Shown one piece after another: positions 34,633-43,612 of a DNA stretch of 64,000 nt. Numbering within the stretch: the first letter of the stretch is position 1; the number at the start of each line of letters is the position of its first letter. Where the stretch lies: positions 1 through 64,000 of the IMG/VR virus record IMGVR_UViG_3300032313_000518; one strand, 5' to 3'. The position numbers and the translations under genes were made by a program. Below the pieces are notes generated by a model. That model was not told where the DNA came from and searched no databases. It was given only the letters and a program-made list of their open reading frames with translations. Source of the stretch: a virus.

Positions 34633-36255
34633 ATGAAAAATTTCTTATTGGCTCTGGTACTATCACTAGTATCATTAACATCTTTTGGTCAATTAATCAT
34701 TAACCAAGAGGTAACTAACTCTAAACCTTATAGAGTTGGTGATACACTAACGGTAAGGTATAACGTTATTAAAGGAACTACAAACCCTAGATTTCTTTGG
34801 ATGCGTTATCAATACTCAAACAAACACCTACAAAAATTAGGTAATACTGTATTCTCACAAGGAGCAACTGCACAAAATTTTGAAGCAACTTGGCCCAACT
34901 ATATGTTCACACAAAACCCAGCAATTGGAGTTGGTGAATTGGATAAACAATATGGTTCAACCCCTTGGAACTATACCGCAAACAATGATTGGATAGCGAA
35001 GCAATTTACAACACAAAGAGCAGATGCGGTAATTGATGGTTTGTGGGCAACTGAAAAGTACATCTTATTAGAAAACTCAACATATCAAGCAATACACAAA
35101 TTGGATTTAGCAACTGCAAATGGAACAAACGATGCGGCAATTACACCAATTGGTTCTCAAGTTCTTCAATTATCATTTGCTGATGCAGATGTAAAGCACG
35201 TATCGGCATTTAGAGTAAGAGTTGGATATCCAGCTAACTTTCCAATTACTTCATTATCAGTATTAATCCAACCATTAAACACAGATGGAACTACCAATTT
35301 TACTGCTCCACAAATAGCAAAGAAATCATTAAACTCAGCAGGAATTGCAGATTTTGAACAATTTAATATTGGTGATAAATTTGGTGTATATATTGTTCCA
35401 ACTACTGGAGCAGATTATCTAAACAATGTAATAACTGTTACCGATGCTTATAGAGCATTTTTAGCAGTAACCGATGTTGGATTAAATGGAACATCATCCG
35501 TATTTCAATATCCTGCAATTGAAAAAATGATTGGTAATGTAACAATTGGAGATGGTGATTTTAACAACAACGATGCTTACTATTTATTTGCACATATTTT
35601 AGGACAAGATGTGACAGCAAAAGCAAACATAACTAAACAAAGTGCAAATCCATTACGATTTATATCAGTAAAACAATCAGTATATCCTACTATTACAAAT
35701 GCAGCAACTAACAATTCAGTAAACATAACATCTGCAAATCAAACTGAAATATTCTCTTATGCATTTAGTGGTGATTTGGACTTCTCTCATTCATCTAACC
35801 CAGCTATACCAATAACAAATAGTGTAGGTGGGCAAGGAACAATGAATAGAACGATAACTAATAAAGGAATATATTCAAATCAATTAGCTGGAAATGCAAC
35901 ATTAAGTTTATCATCTAAAATTGAAAACAACAAAGTTATCCTAAGTGGTAACTTAACGCAAGCTGGATTAGCAGGTTTGGAAGTTATTTTGAAATATGAT
36001 AATTCTAAATTAACTTTGGATGGTATTGTATTTGATGCGGGTTCATCTATAACTAACTTCTCAACGGATAAAGATGGTAGATTAACGTTTGGTTCAATGG
36101 ACCAAATTAAAACTGCTAGAATCAAAACGGGTACACCATACAAATTAACTTTCACATCCAATGTTCCCTTAACAAATACTGCAGGTTTATTTTATACTGA
36201 ATTAGCAGATGCAGTTGATGGAAACGGAAATAAGATTGGATTAAATGTAGAGTAA
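34633..36255 (+). CDS. secreted cohesin / dockerin-like / cohesin protein
   Basis: Signal peptide; VGDTLTV..YQY.N..L; TVTDAY, GNV..GDGDFNNNDAY; C-terminal GLEVILKYDNSKL cohesin-like domain. Confidence 0.65.
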   Translation: MKNFLLALVLSLVSLTSFGQLIINQEVTNSKPYRVGDTLTVRYNVIKGTTNPRFLWMRYQYSNKHLQKLGNTVFSQGATAQNFEATWPNYMFTQNPAIGVGELDKQYGSTPWNYTANNDWIAKQFTTQRADAVIDGLWATEKYILLENSTYQAIHKLDLATANGTNDAAITPIGSQVLQLSFADADVKHVSAFRVRVGYPANFPITSLSVLIQPLNTDGTTNFTAPQIAKKSLNSAGIADFEQFNIGDKFGVYIVPTTGADYLNNVITVTDAYRAFLAVTDVGLNGTSSVFQYPAIEKMIGNVTIGDGDFNNNDAYYLFAHILGQDVTAKANITKQSANPLRFISVKQSVYPTITNAATNNSVNITSANQTEIFSYAFSGDLDFSHSSNPAIPITNSVGGQGTMNRTITNKGIYSNQLAGNATLSLSSKIENNKVILSGNLTQAGLAGLEVILKYDNSKLTLDGIVFDAGSSITNFSTDKDGRLTFGSMDQIKTARIKTGTPYKLTFTSNVPLTNTAGLFYTELADAVDGNGNKIGLNVE

Positions 36256-38189
36256 TGAGAAAACTGCTTGTTGTAATATTAATATTATTATCCAGTAGTA
36301 TATCCATAGCACAATCCATTACACAACCAACCGCTAGAAAGTTTGAATTAAACCTAAGTGGGCAGGCGTGTAGTGGATTTGTTTTGAATGGATTTACTTC
36401 TACTGATATTTTGTTGGCATCCATAGGGTTTATTAATCCACCAGCAGGTACAACATTCAATTTAACCACAACAACGGGATTATCACCCGCATCTGGATTT
36501 ACTTTAAGTGGTAATAAAAGTAAATTAGTTTTTACGGGTACAATGGCAAACATAAACAATGCATTGGCAACCTTAAAAATAAATACGGGTGCAACTGCGG
36601 GTAGTGTTCAGGTATCCGTATCAGCAACTATAAATCCAACTGGGTTTTATTATAATCCAATAAACGGACACTTTTACAAACCTGTAACAACCGGTGTTAC
36701 CTATACTGCAGCTAGAGCGGCAGCATTAACAACAACATTCAAAGGACAAACAGGATATTTGGTAACAATTACTTCTGCTGATGAAAATTCTTTTATATTT
36801 GTTAATGTACCACAAGCTAACATATGGTTTGCGGCAACGGATGAAGTAACGGATGGAACTTGGGTAATCGATGCAGGACCTGAAAAAGGAACTGTAATGA
36901 AAACATCGAATGGGCAAACTGCCGGAAACAGACCTGGTGTATATAACAACTGGGCAGGTGGTGAACCCAATGGATACAATCATAGTGAGGATTATGCAGT
37001 AACTAATTGGAATGGGCAATCAACTTGGAATGATTTATCAAATAATTGGAGTAACCCATACATAATTGAATATGGAACTTGGACTAATCCAGATTCACAA
37101 ACATTTACTGATTTTTATTCAGCAAACGTAATAAACCCCATAGACGTACCATCATCAAAAGTTAATTTTTATTTTGGTGGTAATATAAATCCATCACAAT
37201 GGTCTATAAAAGCATATACTGCAAATGGTGTAACTCCTGTTAGTACAACTACTGGTTTAACTTTGGGTGCAAATGGCAGTGTGGTTAATACAACGGATTT
37301 TGTTAAATCTAAAACTGATATGGTACTATATTTATCAAAACTACCATCCGCCACTTTAACAAGTCTATATGGTAGTGTATTAACTGTTGGTGATGCGTAT
37401 TTGGCATTTCAAGAGTTATCTGATAGAGGATTAACTGGAACTGAAAGTAAAGCATTTACAAGTGGAGTACAATTTTTAAATGGAGATGTAGATGGTAACA
37501 ATGTATTTAATGAAATAGATTCCTACAAAATATTACAACACGTTATAGGTAGTACACCAATTGTTTCTACTTGGAGTGAAAGTAATTTATTTAGATTTGT
37601 AAAAAAATCTACATTCGATGGTATAACTAAAGCAAATTGGGCAACAACCAATACACCATATTCAGCAATTTATCCTTTGGCAGTTAATGCAACTATAAAT
37701 GATTATGTGTACGATGTGGTGGTGGCATTAAAGGGTGATGTAAACCTTTCACATACAGTAGCACAAAATAGACCTACTACTCAAAGTACAAATCGTACAA
37801 TGAATTTAAGTATGCCTATGGAAGTATCAACCTATGTATCAAGCGAAATAGTGGATGGTAAGGTAGTAGTAACTATAAAAGTTAATACATTGGGGCAATT
37901 GGTAAAAGGGATTCAATTAAAGTTAAACTATGATAGTGATATTTTAAAATATGAAAATACCGAATATACAACTTCTGGTAATCCTTTAAACTTTTCAAAT
38001 GATATTGGCAACTGCATAAGTTTTGGTTCTTTAATTTATAATAGTAATGGTTTATTAAACAATAATACGGAATACAAATTAACATTTACACCAAAAGAAG
38101 TCATAACTAATACAATTGGTTTAACATCAATTGAGGGAATTGATGCGGTAAATGTGAGTGGTTCAACTCTTAAAATTAAAAACTTATAA
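36255..38189 (+). CDS. secreted adhesin: Ig-like + C-type lectin + dockerin-like + cohesin-like
   Basis: NGHFY, GYLVTITS.DEN, W..ATD...GTW, YNNW..GEPN, WNDL; GDVDGNNVFNEIDSYKILQH; GIQLKLNYDSDIL. Confidence 0.75.
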   Translation: MRKLLVVILILLSSSISIAQSITQPTARKFELNLSGQACSGFVLNGFTSTDILLASIGFINPPAGTTFNLTTTTGLSPASGFTLSGNKSKLVFTGTMANINNALATLKINTGATAGSVQVSVSATINPTGFYYNPINGHFYKPVTTGVTYTAARAAALTTTFKGQTGYLVTITSADENSFIFVNVPQANIWFAATDEVTDGTWVIDAGPEKGTVMKTSNGQTAGNRPGVYNNWAGGEPNGYNHSEDYAVTNWNGQSTWNDLSNNWSNPYIIEYGTWTNPDSQTFTDFYSANVINPIDVPSSKVNFYFGGNINPSQWSIKAYTANGVTPVSTTTGLTLGANGSVVNTTDFVKSKTDMVLYLSKLPSATLTSLYGSVLTVGDAYLAFQELSDRGLTGTESKAFTSGVQFLNGDVDGNNVFNEIDSYKILQHVIGSTPIVSTWSESNLFRFVKKSTFDGITKANWATTNTPYSAIYPLAVNATINDYVYDVVVALKGDVNLSHTVAQNRPTTQSTNRTMNLSMPMEVSTYVSSEIVDGKVVVTIKVNTLGQLVKGIQLKLNYDSDILKYENTEYTTSGNPLNFSNDIGNCISFGSLIYNSNGLLNNNTEYKLTFTPKEVITNTIGLTSIEGIDAVNVSGSTLKIKNL

Positions 38190-39088
38190 TGAAAAAGTTT
38201 ATAATTACTCTTATCTTTATACTTACAGTACAAATGTGGGGATATTCTCAAACTGTATCAATACCGGATACTATGCAACTATCCGCAAAGGAATTATTTG
38301 ATGAAAGCGATGATTGGAATGATTTGGGTATATTAGAATCTTATATTGATTTTTCAAAAGATGTTCTATCATCATCTAATCTATCAGTTGGTATAATTGG
38401 AAGGCAAGTATCAACTACTATAAATTTAGGATATAGTAAGTGGTCTAAAAATGGTATGTATGGGCATTCATTTTCAACATCAATAAATCCAATATGGAAA
38501 TACTATGGGTTGGGTTATGGATTTAGTAAAAATACGGATAAAAGAACAACAACTTTACAATCATTTTATTCAACCGATTTTGATTTTCAAAAAGATATTA
38601 ACCTTTCATTCATAGATGTTTATAGAACTAAAAAGTGGGGAACATTTGGATATAGTTTAATAGCATCAAAAACATATTGGGGTTCTTATGAGGGAGAGTG
38701 GGAAGGAAAATATACAGTAGATTCGGATGGCAACTTTTTGGATTTGATATATCCAACAATTCCTGCATCATCTCAATTAACTTATAAAGGAATGTTGATG
38801 TACACTTATACATTTAAAACAAAGATGGTTGATATATCGCCACAACTATTTGGTATGAGTGATGTTTATGTAGATTTTAAAGATGGTACTGAATCTGATT
38901 TGGCTTATGTAAATGATTTCAATTTAGACTTGTATTATGGTACATCTTTGGATTGGAAACTAACTAAAAGATTCGTATTGAATACTAACATTAGATTTAA
39001 TAAGACTTGGGATAAATTATCAAAATCCGTTGGTTATAAAAAGAGTAACCCAATAATGTTTATGATTGGAACAAACTTTCAATTTTAA
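38189..39088 (+). CDS. outer-membrane beta-barrel protein
   Basis: Signal peptide, alternating aromatic strands, C-terminal MIGTNFQF. Confidence 0.7.
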   Translation: MKKFIITLIFILTVQMWGYSQTVSIPDTMQLSAKELFDESDDWNDLGILESYIDFSKDVLSSSNLSVGIIGRQVSTTINLGYSKWSKNGMYGHSFSTSINPIWKYYGLGYGFSKNTDKRTTTLQSFYSTDFDFQKDINLSFIDVYRTKKWGTFGYSLIASKTYWGSYEGEWEGKYTVDSDGNFLDLIYPTIPASSQLTYKGMLMYTYTFKTKMVDISPQLFGMSDVYVDFKDGTESDLAYVNDFNLDLYYGTSLDWKLTKRFVLNTNIRFNKTWDKLSKSVGYKKSNPIMFMIGTNFQF

Positions 39089-39091
39089 GGT

Positions 39092-39436
39092 ATGAAGTGG
39101 AGTAAAATTATAATTTGGTGTTGTGTACTTTCTATAATATCTTGTCAAAATGAATATATAGTAGAACCACAAATAATTGATATTTTTAAAGTAGAACAAT
39201 CTACTCTATCAAATAAAAGTGAAATTAGTTTTAATGTGCAAAAGGAAGGGATATACATTGTAACTATGGTAGATAAAAATACCAATCAAGTTCTAAGTAG
39301 AGAAAAAATAAAATGTATTATAGGTAAAAATAAAATAAAGGTTTATACGAAAACAATACCAAGTCAATATTTATATTTGACATTGGAAGATAGTTTTGAT
39401 AATCAGTTAGGAAAAACAACAATAACAATAAAATAA
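39092..39436 (+). CDS. lipoprotein with small Ig-like (T9SS-CTD-like) domain
   Basis: IISC lipobox; GIY.V...D; G.N..KVYT..IPS..LYLTL.D. Confidence 0.65.
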   Translation: MKWSKIIIWCCVLSIISCQNEYIVEPQIIDIFKVEQSTLSNKSEISFNVQKEGIYIVTMVDKNTNQVLSREKIKCIIGKNKIKVYTKTIPSQYLYLTLEDSFDNQLGKTTITIK

Positions 39437-39438
39437 AG

Positions 39439-39810
39439 ATGAAAAAAGTATTAGGATTATTAGCAATGATTTGCATAGTTGCAAGTTGTACCAATGAAGA
39501 TTTGTTAGTACCAACAACAACGGAAGTAACTGAAAAATTACAAATAGTTGGCAATATGGGTATTAAAGTAGAAACTCCATTTGTAAAAAATGAAGTTGCT
39601 ATGAATGTAAAAGCTGAAACTGCTGGAACATATGTAGTAAAGATATTAAACATAGCAAACAAATCAGTATCAAAAGAAGAAGTAACTATAAAAGCTGGTA
39701 ACAATCTATTAAAGATTTATGCAAACGCTTTACCATCTTCAGCATATAGAATTGGTCTATTCGATTTAGAAGGAAACTTACTTGGGATAGCAGATTTTAA
39801 CAAGTTATAA
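39439..39810 (+). CDS. lipoprotein, paralog of 39092..39436
   Basis: VASC lipobox; GTYVVKI, SKE.V...G.N.LKIY..ALPSS.Y..L.D..GN.LG. Confidence 0.7.
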   Translation: MKKVLGLLAMICIVASCTNEDLLVPTTTEVTEKLQIVGNMGIKVETPFVKNEVAMNVKAETAGTYVVKILNIANKSVSKEEVTIKAGNNLLKIYANALPSSAYRIGLFDLEGNLLGIADFNKL

Positions 39811-39837
39811 TTAAAACAAATATAAATAAAGAATAAA

Positions 39838-40164
39838 ATGTCAGAGGAAACAGAAAACTCAGGAGGCGGTTCATTAAAGAGTATTTTAATTGGACTTGCT
39901 AGCACAGTCGCATTGGGAGTTGGTGGTTATGTAACCAAACAACTAACAGGTGAAAAAGATGAGCCGGCAGCTGCAACATCAGCACCAGCACCGGTAATCA
40001 ACATTACCAATTCACAAACGCAACAACAATCTGCTGGTGGTAAAACTATAATCATCAACAAAGGTGGTAATGGAAACGGAGCAGCAGCGCCAGCAGCAGC
40101 ACCAACTCCTAAACCAAAGAAAAAAGAAGGAGACGAGTTCAAAGAAGAAAAACCACAATGGTAA
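39838..40164 (+). CDS. single-TM protein with low-complexity tail
   Basis: ILIGLASTVALGVGGY; APVINITNSQTQQQ. Confidence 0.7.
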   Translation: MSEETENSGGGSLKSILIGLASTVALGVGGYVTKQLTGEKDEPAAATSAPAPVINITNSQTQQQSAGGKTIIINKGGNGNGAAAPAAAPTPKPKKKEGDEFKEEKPQW

Positions 40165-40170
40165 TATAGT

Positions 40171-40506
40171 ATGGAGAATCAACAACCGGATGGATTTAAG
40201 CAACTCTTAAATCAAATGATGAAACGCAGGTGGTTAATTACATTAATTGTGTTAATTACTTTTATGTTTACTACATTTGGAATTATGATTTCTATTCATA
40301 TAGATACGGCTGTTGGACAAGAATGGAAAGAATTATTATTACTTTTATTAGGGGCATTTATTGGTTCTTATGGTAAGATTATAGATTACTGGTTTTCTGA
40401 TACTGATAAAGATAAGATGTTAGTTCAGAAAATGGATGAAGAAGATGGAGTATCTCTTTCAAATACCGGTGGAGCAGCAGAATCATCGGAAGAAGAATTA
40501 GGTTAA
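40171..40506 (+). CDS. 2-TM membrane protein (holin-like) with EEELG tail
   Basis: WKELLLLLLGAFIGSYGKIIDYWFS. Confidence 0.7.
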   Translation: MENQQPDGFKQLLNQMMKRRWLITLIVLITFMFTTFGIMISIHIDTAVGQEWKELLLLLLGAFIGSYGKIIDYWFSDTDKDKMLVQKMDEEDGVSLSNTGGAAESSEEELG

Positions 40507-40580
40507 ATTTTATAATAATAAGTTACACCCAAATACGTTTTAATAATTGGTTATATTAAATAACAATTAAATAAAAGATT

Positions 40581-40868
40581 ATGGGATTTTTTAAAGAATT
40601 ATTCAGCGATGACAATCAAATAAATGAGAAATCGGTAGTTGGATTCGCATCATTCGCAGTAATGGTAATATGTATCGCTGTTGATTTAGTAACCGGATAT
40701 ATTGGAAAAGAATTAGTGATTAACGAATATGTGTTTAACGCATTTCTAACACTAACATTGGGTTCATTCGGTATTGGTTCAGTTGATAAGTTTATCAACA
40801 AAAAAGCTGAAAATGATAAAGCTAAAATTGAAGCAGATAGTTCATCCGATGAGGAAGAGTTAGGATAG
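40581..40868 (+). CDS. 2-TM membrane protein with EEELG tail
   Basis: NEKSVVGF..F, LGSFGI..VDKF. Confidence 0.7.
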   Translation: MGFFKELFSDDNQINEKSVVGFASFAVMVICIAVDLVTGYIGKELVINEYVFNAFLTLTLGSFGIGSVDKFINKKAENDKAKIEADSSSDEEELG

Positions 40869-40871
40869 TAC

Positions 40872-40904
40872 AAAAGGGAGAAAGTTTTTTTCTCCCTTTT
40901 TTTT
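40872..40904 (+). terminator. intrinsic terminator, followed by late motif at 40905
   Basis: AAAAGGGAGAAA..TTTCTCCCTTTT followed by T-tract. Confidence 0.85.
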
Positions 40905-40936
40905 ATATTTATACATAAACAAAAACAAAATTATGT

Positions 40937-41656
40937 ATGAAAAAATTATTGCTATTATTAAGTTTATGTTCGTTAAGCAGTGTTGCAGTAGGACAAACGG
41001 TAGGAAAAACTCAAACTGAAAACTACAAAGCATCATTTGAAACGAAGGTTGACATTAGTGAGTTGATGGACTATGATGGACCAACAATTCCAGTACAAAT
41101 CTTAAAATGTGGAATCAGCGATGAAATTTTGGAACAGTATCCGGAACTTAAAGAAAAGAAGGTGGGCCTTGGTGTTGCTAATATATCTATGGAATACCTT
41201 GAAAATCTCAATCGTTTTACTTTTACTGAAGATAAGACGGAGTTAAAGAACAGAATGGTTGCTCAATTCAAAGCATCCCAATCTGGTATCTCTCAGGACA
41301 AATTAGATGGTAGAGGTAAAATTCGTTTAGCACATTACTTTGTTACAATCGAAGTATATGATTTCTCCGTTTCCGAAGATGAGACAGTTAATCTAAAAGA
41401 TGGAGTAAAGAATAAGATGGTTACTCGTCTGGGTTTGCAAGTTCGTTTTACTGATGCTGAAACCGGAGAGGTATTTGGCGCAAGTGGTTTGGGTGAAGCA
41501 ACTACAACCAGAGAGTTATCTTTAATATCCGATGCAACAATCGATGATGTTAAATTTAACCAATCAACAATCGGAACATCTACAAAGAAAGCATTAGATA
41601 TTGCTTGTAGTAGAATTCTTCTTCGTATGATAAAGAAGGGGAAGTTCCCAAAATGA
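40937..41656 (+). CDS. CsgG/HfaB-like exported protein
   Basis: Signal peptide; GLGVANI..E.L...NRF...E, A.YFV...VYDF, GLQVRF.DAETGEV..ASG.GEA. Confidence 0.7.
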   Translation: MKKLLLLLSLCSLSSVAVGQTVGKTQTENYKASFETKVDISELMDYDGPTIPVQILKCGISDEILEQYPELKEKKVGLGVANISMEYLENLNRFTFTEDKTELKNRMVAQFKASQSGISQDKLDGRGKIRLAHYFVTIEVYDFSVSEDETVNLKDGVKNKMVTRLGLQVRFTDAETGEVFGASGLGEATTTRELSLISDATIDDVKFNQSTIGTSTKKALDIACSRILLRMIKKGKFPK

Positions 41657-41662
41657 TAAATT

Positions 41663-42403
41663 ATGACTAAAAGAGAAGTATTATATAATGCTAGTTTAGC
41701 AGTATTAGCATATTCAAAAGAAGAGCAAATTAAGTGGAGTGATTATGGGTTAGAGTTAGTGAAGTGGATTCACAACGATAAATCAGATACACAGGGATTT
41801 GTAGCAACGCGGGATAAAGCAATCTATGTTGTGTGGAGAGGTAGTGAATCAAAGAAGGATTTTCAAAATGATGCTTCAATTGATAAAGTACCATTTATAA
41901 ACGATGGAGAGAAAGTACACATTGGATTTAAATATTGTTGGGAATCGGTAGTGGGTGATACCTATGATGCAATCGATATTGCAATAGAAAACCTACAAGG
42001 AGAAACTACGGATATTGTAGTTTGTGGACATAGTTTGGGTGGAGCAATAGCAACATTGTATGCACACTCAATTAAGAAACACTATCCACATTACAACATT
42101 AAATCCGTAACAATTGGAAGTCCAAGAGTTGGCAACAAAACATTTAAGGACAATTACGATTCATATGAGATTGATACTTTGAGAGTGGTACACAATAACG
42201 ATTTGGTAACACATACACCATACATTAGATTTTATCACGTAAACTATCAATTAAGATTAGATAGTGATGGTAATGTATTAAAGAGAGATACATCATTAAA
42301 TGCATTATGGTTATACCTTAAAGCAATATTTTCAGGTAGTAATATCAAAGACCATATGGGTGATGGGTATATGAAAGCATTACAAAATTGGGTAACAAAA
42401 TAA
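41663..42403 (+). CDS. lipase, class 3
   Basis: V.RGSE, VH.GF, GHSLGGA.A.L, TIGSPRVGN, RVVH.ND.V...P, terminal DH. Confidence 0.92.
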   Translation: MTKREVLYNASLAVLAYSKEEQIKWSDYGLELVKWIHNDKSDTQGFVATRDKAIYVVWRGSESKKDFQNDASIDKVPFINDGEKVHIGFKYCWESVVGDTYDAIDIAIENLQGETTDIVVCGHSLGGAIATLYAHSIKKHYPHYNIKSVTIGSPRVGNKTFKDNYDSYEIDTLRVVHNNDLVTHTPYIRFYHVNYQLRLDSDGNVLKRDTSLNALWLYLKAIFSGSNIKDHMGDGYMKALQNWVTK

Positions 42404-42406
42404 TAT

Positions 42407-42715
42407 ATGTCAACAATAAGGGTTACATTATATGAGGATGAAGAAGTATTAGTGGAATGTGATTATCTTTTCAATAGAACTAAAGTTGCTATGCATATAA
42501 GTTTTAATGAAGAAGTATGGTCACATTCTTTTTTTAAAAGAATGAAATATTTATATATTGATATTCTTCAAAACTTTAAGAATGAGGGTTATAACGAAAT
42601 ATACGGAGCACCCCCAAACGGAAATATTAAAGCAAAGAAATTAGCACAAATGTTTGGATTCAAAGATTTTTTTGAAAACAACGAGTTATATTTAATGAGA
42701 ATGGAAATAAACTAA
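42407..42715 (+). CDS. GNAT-fold-like protein
   Basis: GY..IYG...N.KAKKLAQMFGFK resembles GNAT motif B. Confidence 0.5.
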   Translation: MSTIRVTLYEDEEVLVECDYLFNRTKVAMHISFNEEVWSHSFFKRMKYLYIDILQNFKNEGYNEIYGAPPNGNIKAKKLAQMFGFKDFFENNELYLMRMEIN

Positions 42716-42727
42716 ACAACTAAAATT

Positions 42728-43528
42728 ATGGGAAGTGCTGGAAAAGCAATTGAAAACGCATTTGTAGATGCGGGAAATGCAATTAACGATAATGTTATTA
42801 AACCAATCGCAGATGTAGTAGTAGATGCGGGAAATGTGATTAATGATAATGTAATTCAACCAATCGCAGGTGGTATAAACACTGCAATAGGTAGTGTAGA
42901 AGATGCATACAACTATTCAGTAGCATTTGCTACCGATAGTGCACATAGAGTAGAAAGCGCAGCTTGTACTATTGCAAGTACTACTGAAGAATTTGCAAAG
43001 GTAGGATTCGATGTAACTCAAAACGAATTTGTTCAATTATCTAAACAAGCCGAACAACAAATTGTTGCAGGTGTTGAAATAGTGGCAGCAGGTGCAGTAG
43101 CTGCATATAATTGGGCAGATGCAAATGCTTGTACAATTGGAATAACTGCAGCAATCTCTACGGGTTGTGTTTTAGCATTTACACCGGCACAACCTGCTGG
43201 AGCAGCAACTTCAACTACATTATCATTGATGGCTACGCCGGTTCTTTACGTTGCAGATATGGCAGCTAAAATGGCAGTATCAACGGCAATGGGTGTAATA
43301 GTGGCAGATGGATTTTTAGCAATACCTGGTGTTGGTGGAAATGTTGACCCACAATTATTAAGAAATGTATGTTCAAATTGTATCTATTATAGTTTAGATT
43401 CAGCTGCATTATGGGCAACGCCTGCTGGAGTTGGTATCGCAATAGGAGCTGCAGTAGCACCAGTTGTTGCATCTTTGGTATGTACTAGAACTTGTCCTAA
43501 TGGATTCAGTAAAGCATTGGGTGCATAA
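42728..43528 (+). CDS. Ala-rich protein with amphipathic N-terminal repeat and Cys-rich hydrophobic C-terminus
   Basis: 19-aa repeat VDAGN.INDNVI.PIA twice; C-terminal half has six Cys among TM-like helices. Confidence 0.75.
   Translation: MGSAGKAIENAFVDAGNAINDNVIKPIADVVVDAGNVINDNVIQPIAGGINTAIGSVEDAYNYSVAFATDSAHRVESAACTIASTTEEFAKVGFDVTQNEFVQLSKQAEQQIVAGVEIVAAGAVAAYNWADANACTIGITAAISTGCVLAFTPAQPAGAATSTTLSLMATPVLYVADMAAKMAVSTAMGVIVADGFLAIPGVGGNVDPQLLRNVCSNCIYYSLDSAALWATPAGVGIAIGAAVAPVVASLVCTRTCPNGFSKALGA
42764..42869 (+). repeat. 57-nt tandem duplication within CDS
   Basis: GTAGATGCGGGAAATG...CCAATCGCAG at 42764 and 42821. Confidence 0.85.
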
Positions 43529-43612
43529 TACAAACTTAACAATTTGATAATATTAAAAGTATAATTTTATTAAGGTAGTTTCCTATATATTGGTGAAAAT
43601 TAAAACATCAAT

